Assembly (NCBI RefSeq): GCF_964213995.1
Contig: NC_135821.1
Span: 4,898,001-4,962,000 of the forward strand
DNA from: Mustelus asterias
Lineage: Eukaryota
Direction of reading: 5' to 3'
Length of the DNA: 64,000 bases
The position numbers were made by a program, and so were the translations under genes. Below the pieces are notes generated by a model. The model did no database searches, was not told the origin of the DNA, and saw only the letters and a program-made list of their open reading frames with translations. Below are positions 26,420 through 47,204 of this stretch, in pieces. The stretch's first letter is position 1, and the number at the start of each line of letters is the position of its first letter.

Positions 26420-29175
26420 CAAGAAGATGCAGAATGTAGTGTTAATCATAGCTAGGATATAGTGAAAGATAAGCTTAATGAGATTCTGCCATCCAAAAGT
26501 CTGATGGTGGCAGGAAAGACACTGTTCTTGCGTCAGTTGGTATGTGACCTCCGACTTTTGCTTTTCCTGGTGGAAAAGTGTGTATGGAGTCCTTGATTAT
26601 GCTGGCTGCTGTTCTGAGGCAGTGGGAAGTGTAGACTGAGTCAGTGGATGGGAGGCTGGTTTGTGTGATGGACTGGGCTTCGTTCATAACCCTTTGTAGT
26701 TTTTTTGCAGCCTTGAACAGGGCAGGAGCTATGCCAAGCTGTGACACAACCAGAAAGGATGCTTTCTCTGGTGCATCTGTGTCGTAACAGACATGCCAAA
26801 TTTCCATAGCCTCCTGAGAAAGTAGTGTGTTGGTGGGCTTTCTTAACTATAGTGTTGGCATGGAGGGGCAGGTTGTTGGTGACCTGGGTGTAACTTGAAG
26901 TTCTTGACCATTTCCACTTATCCCTGTTGATGTAGACAGGGGCATGTTCTCCATTATACTTCCTGAAGTCAATAACTATTTCCATTGTTCTATTGACATT
27001 GAGAAAGAGATTATTGTTGTCGCATCGACAAAGACAAAGAACAAAGAACAGTACAGCACAGGAAACAGGCCCTTCGGCCCTCCAAGCCTGTGCCGCTCCT
27101 TGGTCCAACTAGACCAATCGTTTGTATCCCTCCATTCCCAGGCTGCTCATGTGACTATCCAGGTAAGTCTTAAACGATGTCAGCGTGCCTGCCTCCACCA
27201 CCCTACTTGGCAGCGCATTCCAGGCCCCCACCACCCTCTGTGTAAAAAAAAAAAAAAAACAAAAAACATCCCTCTGATATCGGAGTTATACTTCGCCCCT
27301 CTCACCTTGAGCCCGTGACCCCTCGTGATCGTCACCTCCGACCTGGGAAAAAGCTTCCCACTGTTCACCCTATCTATACCCTTCATAATCTTGTACACCT
27401 CTATTAGATCTCCCCTCATTCTCCGTCTTTCCAAGGAGAACAACCCCAGTCTACCCAATCTCTCCTCATAGCTAAGACCCTCCATACCAGGCAACATCCT
27501 GGTAAACCTTCTCTGCACTCTCTCTAACGCCTCCACGTCCTTCTGGTAGTGCGGCGACCAGAACTGGACGCAGTACTCCAAATGTGGCCTAACCAGCGTT
27601 CTATACAGCTGCATCATCAGACTCCAGCTTTTATACTCTATACCCTGTCCTATAAAGGCAAGCATACCATATGCCTTCACCACCTTCTCCACCTGTGTTG
27701 CCACCTTCAAGGATTTGTGGACTTGCACACCTAGGTCCCTCTGTGTTTCTATACTCCTGATGACTCTGCCATTTATTGTATAACTCCTCCCTACATTATT
27801 TCTTCCAAAATGCATCACTTCGCATTTATCCGGATTAAACTCCATCTACCACCTCTCCGCCCAATTTTCCAGCCTATCTATATCCTGCTGTATTGCCCGA
27901 CAATGCTCTTCGCTATCCGCAAGTCCAGCCATCTTCGTGTCATCCGCAAACTTGCTGATTACACCAGTTACACCTTCCAAATCATTTATATATATCACAA
28001 ATAGCAGAGGTCCCAGTACAGAGCCCTGCGGAACACCACTGGTCACAGACCTCCAGCCGGAAAAAGACCCTTCGACCACTACCCTCTGTCTCCTATGGCC
28101 AAGCCAGTTCTCCACCCATCTAGCCACTTCTCCTTGTATCCCATGAGCCTTAACCTTCTTAACCAACCTGCCATGTGGGACTTTGTCAAATGCCTTACTG
28201 AAATCCATATAGACGACATCCACGGCCCTTCCTTCATCAACCGTTTTTGTCACTTCCTCAAAAAACTCCACCAAATTTGTAAGGCACGGCCGCCCTCTTA
28301 CAAAACCATGCTGTCTGGTTATCCCTGCTACCCTTCTTAAACAACGGGACCACATTCGCTATCCTCCAATCCTCAGGGACCTCACCCGTGTCCAAAGAAG
28401 CGACAAAGATTTCCGTCAGAGGCCCAGCAATTTCATCTCTCATCTCCCTGAGCAGTCGAGGATAGATGCCATCAGGCCCTGGGGCTTTGTCAGTTTTAAT
28501 GTTCCCTAAAAAACCTAACACTTCCTCTCTTGTAATGGAGATTTTCTCTAACGGGTCAACACCTCCCTCCGAGACACTCCCGGTTAACACGCCCCTCTCC
28601 TTCGTGAATACCGATGCAAAGTATTCATTTAGGATCTCCCCTATTCCCTTGGGTTCTAAGCATAATTCCCCTCCTTTGTCCCTGAGAGGTCCGATTTTCT
28701 CCCTGACAACTCTTTTGTTCCTAACGTATGAATAGAATGCCTTAGGATTCTCCTTAATCCTGCCTGCCAAGAACATCTCGTGACCTCTTTTTGCCCTTTT
28801 GAGGGCTCAAACTCCCCGTTTGAGTTCACTTCACCAGATTCTCTATCTCATTCCTGTTCTCCGTCTTGTCGTTGTTTGAGCTCTGACCCACTATGGTGGC
28901 GACATCAGCAAACTTGAAAATCAAGTTGGAGGGGAATTTGCCCGCACAGTCATAGGTGTATAAGGAGTATAGTAGGGAGCTGAGAACACAGCCTTGTGGG
29001 GCACCGGTGTTGAGGATGATCGTGGAGGAGGTGTTGTTGCCTATCCTTACTGACTGTGGTCTGAGAGTTCGGAAGCCAAGTATCCAGTCAGAGTGAGAAG
29101 CAAAGCTCCAGGCCAGGGAGTTTGGAGATGAGTTTTAGTGGGAATAACGAAGGCTGACCTGTAGTCAATAAATAG
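26420..29175 (-). mobile_element. Rex1/Babar-like element interrupted by a CR1 insertion
   Basis: Rex1-like motifs at 26420-27025 continue at 28827-29175. Confidence 0.7.
27027..28826 (-). mobile_element. CR1 LINE ORF2 (reverse transcriptase) fragment, frameshifted, with an internal deletion near 28315
   Basis: ORFs 28258-28776, 27846-28355 and 27180-27845 contain [37 protein letters not shown] and PHLEYCVQFWSP. Confidence 0.9.
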
Positions 29176-29304
29176 GAGAGGGAAAAGTTTAAAGGTGATG
29201 TGAGACAAGTTTAAAGGTGATGTGAGACAAGTTTTTTACACAGAATGGTAAATGCCTGGAATGAGTGGCCTGAAGAGGTGGTTGAAACAGATAGAATAAA
29301 AGGA

Positions 29305-29956
29305 TAGGGTCGTAAAGAGTGCCTTTGGTACATTGGCCTTTATAAGTTGGAGTATTGAGTATAAAAATTGGAGTGTTATGGTAAGGTTATATAAGGCATT
29401 AGTGAGGCCGAATTTAGAGTATTGTGTACAGTTTTGGTCACCTAGTTACAGGAAGGATGTAAATAAGGTTGAAAGAGTGCAGAGAAGGTTCACAAGGATG
29501 TTGCCGGGACTTGAGAAGCTGAGTTACAGAGAGAGATTGAATAGGTTGGGACTTTATTCCCTGGAGCGTAGAAGATTGAGGGGAGATTTGATAGAGGTGT
29601 ATAAGATTTTGATGGGTATAGATAGAGTGAATGCAAGCAGGCTTTTTCCACTGAGGCTAGGGGAGAAAAAAACCAGAGGGCATGGGTTAAGGGTGAAAGG
29701 AGAAAAGTTTAAAGGGAATATTAGGGGGGGCTTCTTCACGCAGAGAGTGGTGGGAGTGTGGAATGAGCTGCCGGATAAAATGGCAAATGCGGGGTCACTT
29801 TTAACATTTAAGAAAAACTTGGACAGGTTCATGGATGAGAGGGGTGTGGAGGGACATGGTCCAAGTGCAGGTCAGTGGGACTAGGCATAAAATGGTTCGG
29901 CACAGACAAGAAGGGCCAAAAGGCCTGTTTCTGAGCTGTAATTTTCTATGGTTCTA
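29305..29956 (+). mobile_element. CR1 LINE 3' fragment (different subfamily)
   Basis: 183-aa ORF with LVRPNLEYCVQFWSP...FFTQRVVGVWNELP; TTCTATGGTTCTA tail. Confidence 0.85.
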
Positions 29957-31099
29957 AAGGCATCTTATCAGGTACAGGTATAGGCAGGGAATAGAGAGAT
30001 AGGGACTGCATAGCGGCAAAAGGTATTTAGACCTTTGCCTGTGTCGGCGCAGACTTGGTGGGCCGAAGGGCCTGTTCCTTTGCTGTCCTGCTTTTTGATC
30101 ATAATTACATCAGGTTCTAGAGAATATTTGGAGAATTGGATTCAGCCTTTAGACATCGTTGGAATTTGGATAGGATGTAGGAGACAGAGAGGACGGCTAA
30201 TGGGTGTGTTCTCTGAAAGGAATAGAGGGCCAACAATTCCAATCTGTTGATGGCATTAGGTAGGGTGACACAGCAAATCCCATAGCTGGGAGGAGGAGGT
30301 GGAGGGGACATTGTTAAAGTAATTGGGAATAACAGTGCGAGACAGAGTTCAGTGTGAGGTCACCCACTTTCATCCCAAAAAGATCACGTTTGCTAAATGT
30401 TGAGCTCGGAATTATGGGGAAGAAAGGGAGTTGGGGTCCATGTAGGAATGAGGAGCAGCGGGATTAAGGATTCATCTACAGAAACTACTAAAATCTAGTG
30501 GACAGCAACAAAAAAGAATTGAAAAGGCAAATAGAATTTTAGTCTTCATCCCATGAGAGCGGGAATATAAAGGGGAGGATGTGCTGCTGCAGTTGTAAAG
30601 TACAGGATAAATCGTAGTGGGAGTACAGTGTTTAGTTCTTATCTGTTGGCCTCAGAGTGAATGTAGCACAGATTGAACAATGTTGCCAGGTCTAAAAGGG
30701 TTCAATCATGGGGAGAGTTTGAACAGAGTTGTCTTGCATTCCCTTGTGTGAAGAAGAATAAGGGATGATTATCGTAGAGAAATGGAAGATGATAAATGGG
30801 TTTGATTCGATAGACGGAAACGATATCCTCTGGAACAGGGCCTTAATTTTAAGACTAGACCGTGGCCATTTTAAGGATGATGCTAGGAATAATTTCCTCA
30901 CAAAAAGCAAAGTGGAAATCTAGACACTCTCTCCCTAAAACATTGGGGGGAAAGAAACATTTCAAAGCTGAGCTTGTTGGGTTTTGTTCGGTAAGGGGAT
31001 GAAGACATCTGGAACCAAGGTGGACAAATGGCATTAACATTCAGAGCAGCTGTGATATAATTGGCTTGAGGGGCTGAATGGCCTCCTCCTGTTCCTACA

Positions 31100-31288
31100 T
31101 TCCAATCATACAATCCAAGTCCTACTGCATTCCAGAGCTTTGATTGGCTCTGGGTATTACACCCCACCCTCTCTGCCTCATTGGTGCCTGGATTCATGGC
31201 AAATTCCTGATTGGCTATCAGGGATTGTCAATCATCATTGGTGATGTCATTCCTAGTTTGAATGCAGGATGTCCCAGTGGTATAAATA
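31100..31288 (+). promoter_or_regulatory. Copy 5 core promoter
   Basis: CCAAT, two TGATTGG boxes, CACCC, TGATGTCA, TATAAATA at 31281-31288. Confidence 0.75.
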
Positions 31289-31348
31289 CAAGAGCTTGTG
31301 TTAGAAAGGGTCAGTTCTAGAACTTTGTAGTTGGCAGTAATAGTGAAG

Positions 31349-35213
<3,865 letters not shown>

Positions 35214-36487
35214 ATTTACTGCAGATCCTACAGCCTGTATCTATCAAGTCATCTCGAGTGCTTTGATTTTTTTTTTCACTTTAATGGTAACCAATTGCAG
35301 CAATTGTCATCACAGCTGTGTAAAATAAAATATTGAATTGAACCTCTAATGTTCTAACTTATTTGGGTCTGTGCTCGTGTGACAGTGACTCAGTTGTGCT
35401 AGCTAACCATCCAACATGGTTATTATTCCAGTGAAGACATTCATTCTCTTTTTGCAATATTTAACATTGCTCCTGTTATGAAAGTGGAAAGACCTTTTTT
35501 AACATTTCAGTGCAGCCTTTTTCTAAACTGATTAGCACAACAAATGGACTACTCCTGAATCTGAGGTTGTGATACCTTATGGCTGTTGGATTGTCCCTGC
35601 TTCTGGCTGGAATAAACCTGGGCTCATAAAGTGCTACCTTGTGAATAATGTACAATACTATTGTTTTCCTGGGTGGATATATACATTTGCTCCAGCAGCT
35701 TGTCTGGGCTTCATATCCACCAGATTCTAAAACCATTCCTTCTAGTCTTCACAAAGTGGATCTTCCCCGGATCCAATCCTGATTTTTCAGGGATCTTGTG
35801 TCTCACTAAGACTGCCTCTTCTAAACTCCCACAGGTCTTGGGTTCCACTCTGAAACCAGCCCCTTCATCAAAGGAACAAGCCAAGTGAAATATCCCATGG
35901 ACTCAAATTTCCAACCTTGATAGACCCAAACTGCGCACTTATTCTATTCCCTTTCCAGTAAACAGCAAGATGCTAACTTCAAGATTCATAGACACCCACA
36001 TCACCTGCACCAGAGTTTGGCAATCTCTTGCCATCTAAACAGTAAGCTGCTTTCCTATTTCTGCCACAAGTCCACAATATACATGTCCTGCTCTTAATTC
36101 ATTCTATGTTTGTATACATATTTCCCCACACTCTGAACCTATCTATTGCCATCATAGACTCCTTGTGTTGCCTCCCTTACCCATTTTTATCAGCAAGATA
36201 CATTCCTTCTGTGTACCAAATGTCTGGGTCCAAAGTGTTCAATAGTCTGAATCTATCTGACCGAGAGGCTTATTACAATGTGGTCAGTGGAGCATGAGAT
36301 ATTGTCACCAGTACGCACATCAACGGATAAGATGGCATTGTATTTCTCTATATATAATTTCACTGATCAAGCAATCCCTACTCTTGTTAATGCTTTGGAG
36401 TCATGGGTTCCAATCCTATGATGGCTTGTGTGAGTTTAAACTCAAATCGAGGTACTGTCCCAAGTAGGCTTACATTAACACCACACA

Positions 36488-36811
36488 CAATCCCTACAGT
36501 GCAGAAGGAGGCCATTCGGCCCATCAAGTCTGCACCAACCACAATCCCACCCAGGCCCTATCCCCATAACCCCACATATTTACACCTCTGATCTACACAT
36601 TCCAGGACACTAAGGAGCAATTTAGCATAGCCAATGCACCTAACCCACAAATATTTGGACTGTGGGAGGAAGCTGGAGCACCCGGAGGAAACCCACACAG
36701 ACATGGGGAGAACATGCAAACTCCACACAAAGTGACCCAAGCCGGAAATTGAACCCAGGTCCCTGGCGCTGTGAGGCAGCAGTGTTAACCACTGTGCCAC
36801 CCATGCTGCCC
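36488..36811 (-). mobile_element. HE1/V-SINE-like SINE
   Basis: Homologous to the other copies. Confidence 0.8.
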
Positions 36812-36819
36812 ATGTAAAG

Positions 36820-37300
36820 CATCCTTTCCAGTTACATCACAGCTTGGCTCCTGCTCTGACCAAGACTGCAAGGAACTATAAAGGGTTGTGAATGTAGCCC
36901 AGTCCATCATGCAAACCAGCCTCCCATCCATTGACACCGTCTACACTTCCTGCTGCCTCAGAAAAGCAGCCAGCATAATCAAGGACCCTAGGCACCCTGG
37001 ACATTCTCTCTTCCATCTTTTTCCGTTGGGAAAAACATACAAAAATCTGAGGCCATGCACCAACCAGCTCAAGAACAGCTTCTTCCCTGCTGCTGTCAGA
37101 CTTTTGAATGGACCTAACTCACATTATGTTGATCTTTCTCTACACCCTAGCTATGACTGTAACACTACATTCTGCATTCTCTCCTTTCCTTCTCCCCTGT
37201 GTAATCTCTGAACGGTATGCTTTGTCTGTATTGAGCGCAAGAAACAATATTTTTCACTGCATTCCAATAGATGTGACAATAAATCAATTCAAATCAATTA
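36820..37300 (+). mobile_element. Rex1/Babar-like 3' fragment
   Basis: NVAQSIMQTSLPSID...KNSFFPAAVRLLN; AATAAATCAA tail. Confidence 0.75.
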
Positions 37301-37422
37301 TTTAGAACACAAAGTGGGTAGAGAGTTGCTCTTGGGGTTTTAGGCAATAAAATGACAGAGATTAGAACCGCAGCCAGTTTTCCATAAAAAAGATAAATCA
37401 AGGATTTGGAATGGGAGACACT

Positions 37423-37548
37423 GGGTGGAATTTTACCGGCACGTCCACCTGAGGTTCATACGATCGTGCCCGGGGCCAATGGAGAATGCCGTTCTCCGAG
37501 CCTCGCCCGCCCCCGGAATCAGGGAGGGCATGCCATTAAAATTCCGGC
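37423..37548. mobile_element. Short GC-rich MITE-like element
   Basis: Terminal inverted repeats GGAATTTTACCGGCA / TGCCATTAAAATTCC; an inverted copy lies at about 56253-56380. Confidence 0.55.
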
Positions 37549-38387
37549 TTATATCCCACTTTGCCAAGCTAGGAGATTGTGAAAGGCGCTATATAAATGA
37601 ACATTCTTGCTTTCACATTTATCTCACTCCTTTCGCCATACCTCCTGCTATAAGGCCATGAGCAGATGATTCAGGTTTACCATAAATTCCCATCAATTAC
37701 CCAACAAGAGAATATCTAACCATCCCCCCCTTGACATTCAAAGGCATTACTATCGCTGAGTCCCCCACTATTAACACCCTGGAGGCTACTGTTAACCCGA
37801 AACTGAACTGCATCAGTCAGGTAACTACTGTGGCTGCAAGAGCACGGACCTTCTCTACATGTAGTCCAGCAGGGCATGAATATGGCTCACCAGCATCTTC
37901 AAGGCCAAAGTAGGAGAGGCCAACAGATGGTGGCCTTGCTAATGATGCTCTTATCACAGAATAATTATATAATGGAGGATATGCCCCTGTCTAAATCAAT
38001 GGTGATGAAGTGGAAATGGACGAGAGCTTCAAGTTTCTAAGTGTCCAGATCACCAACAACCTGTCCTGGTCCCTCCACGCCAACGCTAAAGTTAAGAAAG
38101 CCCACCAACGCCTCTACTTTCTCAGGACATTTTTAGGCAGGAATCTGATTTAGATGCGTTCAATCATAATCCCAGGTCAGAGGCTGGGAATTCTGCAACG
38201 CGGAACTCACCTCCTGACTCCCCAAATCTTGTCCACAATCCCCGAGGCACAAGTCAGGAGTGTGATGGAATACTCCCCACTTGCCTGGATGGGTGCGGCT
38301 CCAACAACACTCAAGAAGCTCGACACCATCCAGGACAAAGCAGGATGTTTGATTGGCACCACATCTACAAACATTCACTCCCTCCAT

Positions 38388-38953
38388 TGTTAGAGTTCTC
38401 TTGGGTAACAGCAATCTAAAGGCACTCAGTCAACTCCTTTCACAAACAGCGCTGGCCACCGTGCATCCAATGCAAGGTCTTTAATTACTTGTGCACAAGG
38501 AGAACTCTCCACGGCCAACACGGAATGACCGGAGCGGTTCTGAGGTTACAGAGAAACAGCTCAGCAGTTATAGTCAATTATAGCAAATCAGGAACAAGAG
38601 ATTTTTCACATCTTTCACTGACATACATATTTGCCAATTAAATTCCAGCCTTTCGCCCTTTTTCATTCGATAAAAAATTGACTTCTGCTAATCCTTCATT
38701 TGCATAGCATATCCCCATATCTCGCCTTTGGTATTTGTTATGGAAAAAATCTGGTCTTGTTCACCCTCTGGTGAAGGCCGAAAAAGGAAAATGTTAAGGG
38801 GGCCTGTGAAGAAATAGCAGAGACTGACTCCCTTTGAAGGTCAGTAAACATTTTTCACTACTGTACAGAGATTATTTAATTTGAACACTTTAACTTCCGC
38901 ACAATTTAACTTCCAAACTATGAAACTTCAATCTGAACATTATAACTTCCACA
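38388..38953. mobile_element. Solo LTR (566 bp) inserted in an old LINE fragment
   Basis: TG...CA termini and 4-bp TSD CCAT (38384-38387 and 38954-38957); the host sequence resumes after the TSD. Confidence 0.65.
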
Positions 38954-39236
38954 CCATCACCGACACACCATGGCAGCCATGGTGGGAATCTGCAATGCGC
39001 TGCTTGGGAAGGTAATGGAGGTCGGAAACCTTACAAACTCTAAAAAACATTTGGATGAGCACTTGAAATATCATAACATTCAAGGATATGGGACAAGGGC
39101 AGGAAAGTGGGATTAGCACGACTTTAGTGTAGTTATTGTCAGTGCAGATTTGATGGGCCTCATATAGGGGGGCTAATTAGGTGAATAAACACACAACCAT
39201 AGATTTAGAAACACTAACACAACACTAACTTTAGAA

Positions 39237-40120
39237 TTTTGATTTGATTTATTATTGTCACATGTATTGGGATACAGTGAAAAGTATTGTTTCTTGCGCG
39301 CTATACAGACAAAGCATACCATTCAAAGAGAAGGAAAGAAGAGAGTGCAGAATGTAGTGTAACAGTCATAGCTAGGGTGTAGAGACAGATCAACTTAATG
39401 AGAGGTAGGTCCCTTCAAAAGTCTGATGGCAGCAGGGAAGAAGCTGTTCTTGAGTTGGTTAGTACATGATCTCAGACTTTTGTACCTTTTTCCTGACGGG
39501 GTGCGAGGGGTCCTTAATTATGCTGGCTGCTTTTCCGAGGCAGTGGGAAGTGTAGACAGAGTCAACAGATGGGAGGCTTGTTTGCATGATGGACTGGGCT
39601 TCGTTCAGAACCTTTTGTAGCTTCTTGCGGTCTTGGTCAGAGCAGGAGCCATACCAAACTCGGGCGGCATGGTGGCACAGTGGTTAGCATTGCTGCCTCA
39701 CAGCACCAGGGACCCGGGTTCAATTCCGGCCTCGGGTCACTGTCTGTGTGGAGTTTGTACATTGGCCCCGTGTCTGCGTGGGTTTTCTCCGGGTGCTCGG
39801 TTTCCTCCCGTAGTCCAAAGATTTGTGGGTTAGGTTTATTGGCCATGCTAAATTGCCCCTTAGTGTCAGGGGGACTAGCAGGGTAAATACGTGGAGTTAT
39901 GGGAATAGGGCCTATGTGGGATTGTGATCGGTGCTGACTCGATGGGCCGAATGTCCTCCTTCTGCACTGTAGGGATTCGATTCTATGATTCTAAGCTGTG
40001 ATATATCCGGAAAGGATACTTTCTATGTCGCATCTGTAGACATTGGTGAGAGTCGTAGTGGACATGCTGAATTTCCTTTGTCTTCTGAGGAGATGGAGGC
40101 CTTGGTGGACTTTCTTAATT
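39237..40120 (-). mobile_element. Rex1/Babar-like fragment with a nested HE1-like SINE (39662-39993, +)
   Basis: Host GGAGCCATACCAA|GCTGTGAT is split by the SINE. Confidence 0.75.
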
Positions 40121-41039
40121 CTATCTATTTTTTTATTTCTTAACCATTCCAAATGTTAGTAAGTAAATCACACCAGGTGTTATGGTGGCCTTTCAACCTC
40201 TGACCCCAGAACATCACCCTGAACCACAGTGATGTTCCCACTAGACCACCATCTCCACCCATTCACATACTGTAGATCCAACCCAATGACAAACAGATAC
40301 TGGATTAACACCGCTTAAATGTACCTTGAATGAAAAGTATACTCGACCACCTTCATCCTCTCAACACTATCTTAGAGTCAAATTCAAAATAGAATTCCCC
40401 CTTCCCTGAAAATGAAGACAAGCCCCGGAGCTCCTAATCTCTGGAAATTGCTGAAGCCTCAATCACCTCAAATAAGAAAACAAATCTCTAGTTTTCTCAC
40501 AAATTCAGCCAAGTTGGATAGGGAGCAGCTGTTCCCTTTAGTTGAAGGGTCAGTTAACAGGAGACACAAGTTAAAAGTGAGGGGTGGGAGGTTCAGAGGG
40601 GATTTGAGGAAAAGGCTTTTTACCCAGAGGGTGGTGAGGGTCTGGAATGCGCTGCCTGGGAGGGTGGTGGAGGCGGGATGACTCACATCCTTTAAAATGT
40701 ACCTGGATGAGTACTTGGCACGTCATAACATTCAGGGCTATGGGCCAAGTGCTGGCAGATGGGATTAGGTGGGCAGATCAGGGCAGTTCATGCGTCGGTG
40801 CAGACTCGATGGACCGAAGGGCCTCTTCTGCACCGTAGCATTCTGTGATTCCTCCAGTCACTGCTTTGCAAGCAAAAATATGTAACTATTAAGTTTAAGA
40901 GAATTTAAACAAAACATTTTTGAAGAGAGCTTGTTAATCAGTAATCAGATAAAGTAACTTTCAAAGTTCAGATTGGCTCACCCACCTGCTCAATTCATTA
41001 ACTCACACATTTGTGGATTGTTTGCTCGAGGTGTGTCAG

Positions 41040-41800
41040 TAGCCATGTCTATGTTCAATGTTATAGGCTACATTCCCTTTTTAGTTTCCTCAAAAACCTA
41101 CTGTTGATGTTTTGTTTGCTCTTCAGCCGCACGTTCCTGACCTACGGACACCCGGTGCGGAGGGGAGAGGGGGGAAGGACGAGGACCTCCTCGTGAACCT
41201 GCGCCTGGGCCTGGCAAAGCTTGCCACCTACAGGGTCCAGGCAGCGGTTGGCTGAGGGGGTCGTCCAACCTGACTGTCTGCCCATCTACCACGGCTATAT
41301 TCGTGGCCGGGTGTGACTGGAGAGGGAGCATGGGGTGTCCGAGGGCACTGTCAACGCCTGCCGTGCCCACTGGGCACCACAGGGACTGGGGTGCATTATT
41401 GACCCCTTTAATCACATTTTAATTTGATGTTTTAAGTTTCCTTTCCGTTTTGTCTTTTGTTTTGGGCGGTTCCCCTCCTTTTAGGGAGCTGCCCCTTTTG
41501 AGTTGTCCCTAAGTTAATTTATTTTGTTTATTTGGCTGGAACACGAAAAGATGTCCCCTCCTTTTTGGGAGCTGCCCCTTTTAATTTATCCCTGAGTTAA
41601 TTTGAGACAGTTCACTTGGTTTGCCTAAAAGATTGGTGGTTCCCTCCTTTTAGGGAGCTGTTTCTTTTGAGTTGTCCCTGGGTTTATTTGATTTTGTTTA
41701 TTTGGTTGGGGAAGAAAAGATTTCCCCTCCTTTTGGAAGCAGCCCCTTTTAATTTGTCCCCTTGTTCATTTGAGCTCGTTTATTTGGTTGGCCAAGAAGT
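41040..41800 (+). mobile_element. Tx1-clade 3' fragment with a four-fold repeated 3' UTR, directly upstream of the copy 6 promoter
   Basis: Degenerate ORF2 end (HVYVQCYRLHSLFSFLKNLL...WAPQGLGCII) followed by four units of about 85 bp beginning CCCCTCCTTTT.GGGAGCTG. Confidence 0.75.
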
Positions 41801-41814
41801 TTGGCTGTTAGTTA

Positions 41815-41882
41815 TTTGATTGGCTACCAATAACTATCACTCTTATCTGTTATGCAAATGCTCACTGGTCCACGTGTATAAA
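41815..41882 (+). promoter_or_regulatory. Copy 6 core promoter, unrelated to those of copies 2-5
   Basis: GATTGG and CCAAT at 41818-41831, octamer ATGCAAAT at 41852-41859, E-box CACGTG at 41871-41876 abutting TATAAA at 41877-41882. Confidence 0.65.
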
Positions 41883-41975
41883 TGTGTCGGTTCTCACTAT
41901 CACAATAAATAGTTAGAGTGATTAGGTCTACCTGGGCGACTGTCTTGATTATTCAAACACCCAATAGACAGTAAA

Positions 41976-47204
<5,229 letters not shown>

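Noticed and set aside
35214-35335. Cytoplasmic polyadenylation element in the U-rich 3' UTR
   Set aside because: No exact UUUUA(A)U match near the AATAAA, and it is not shared with the other copies.
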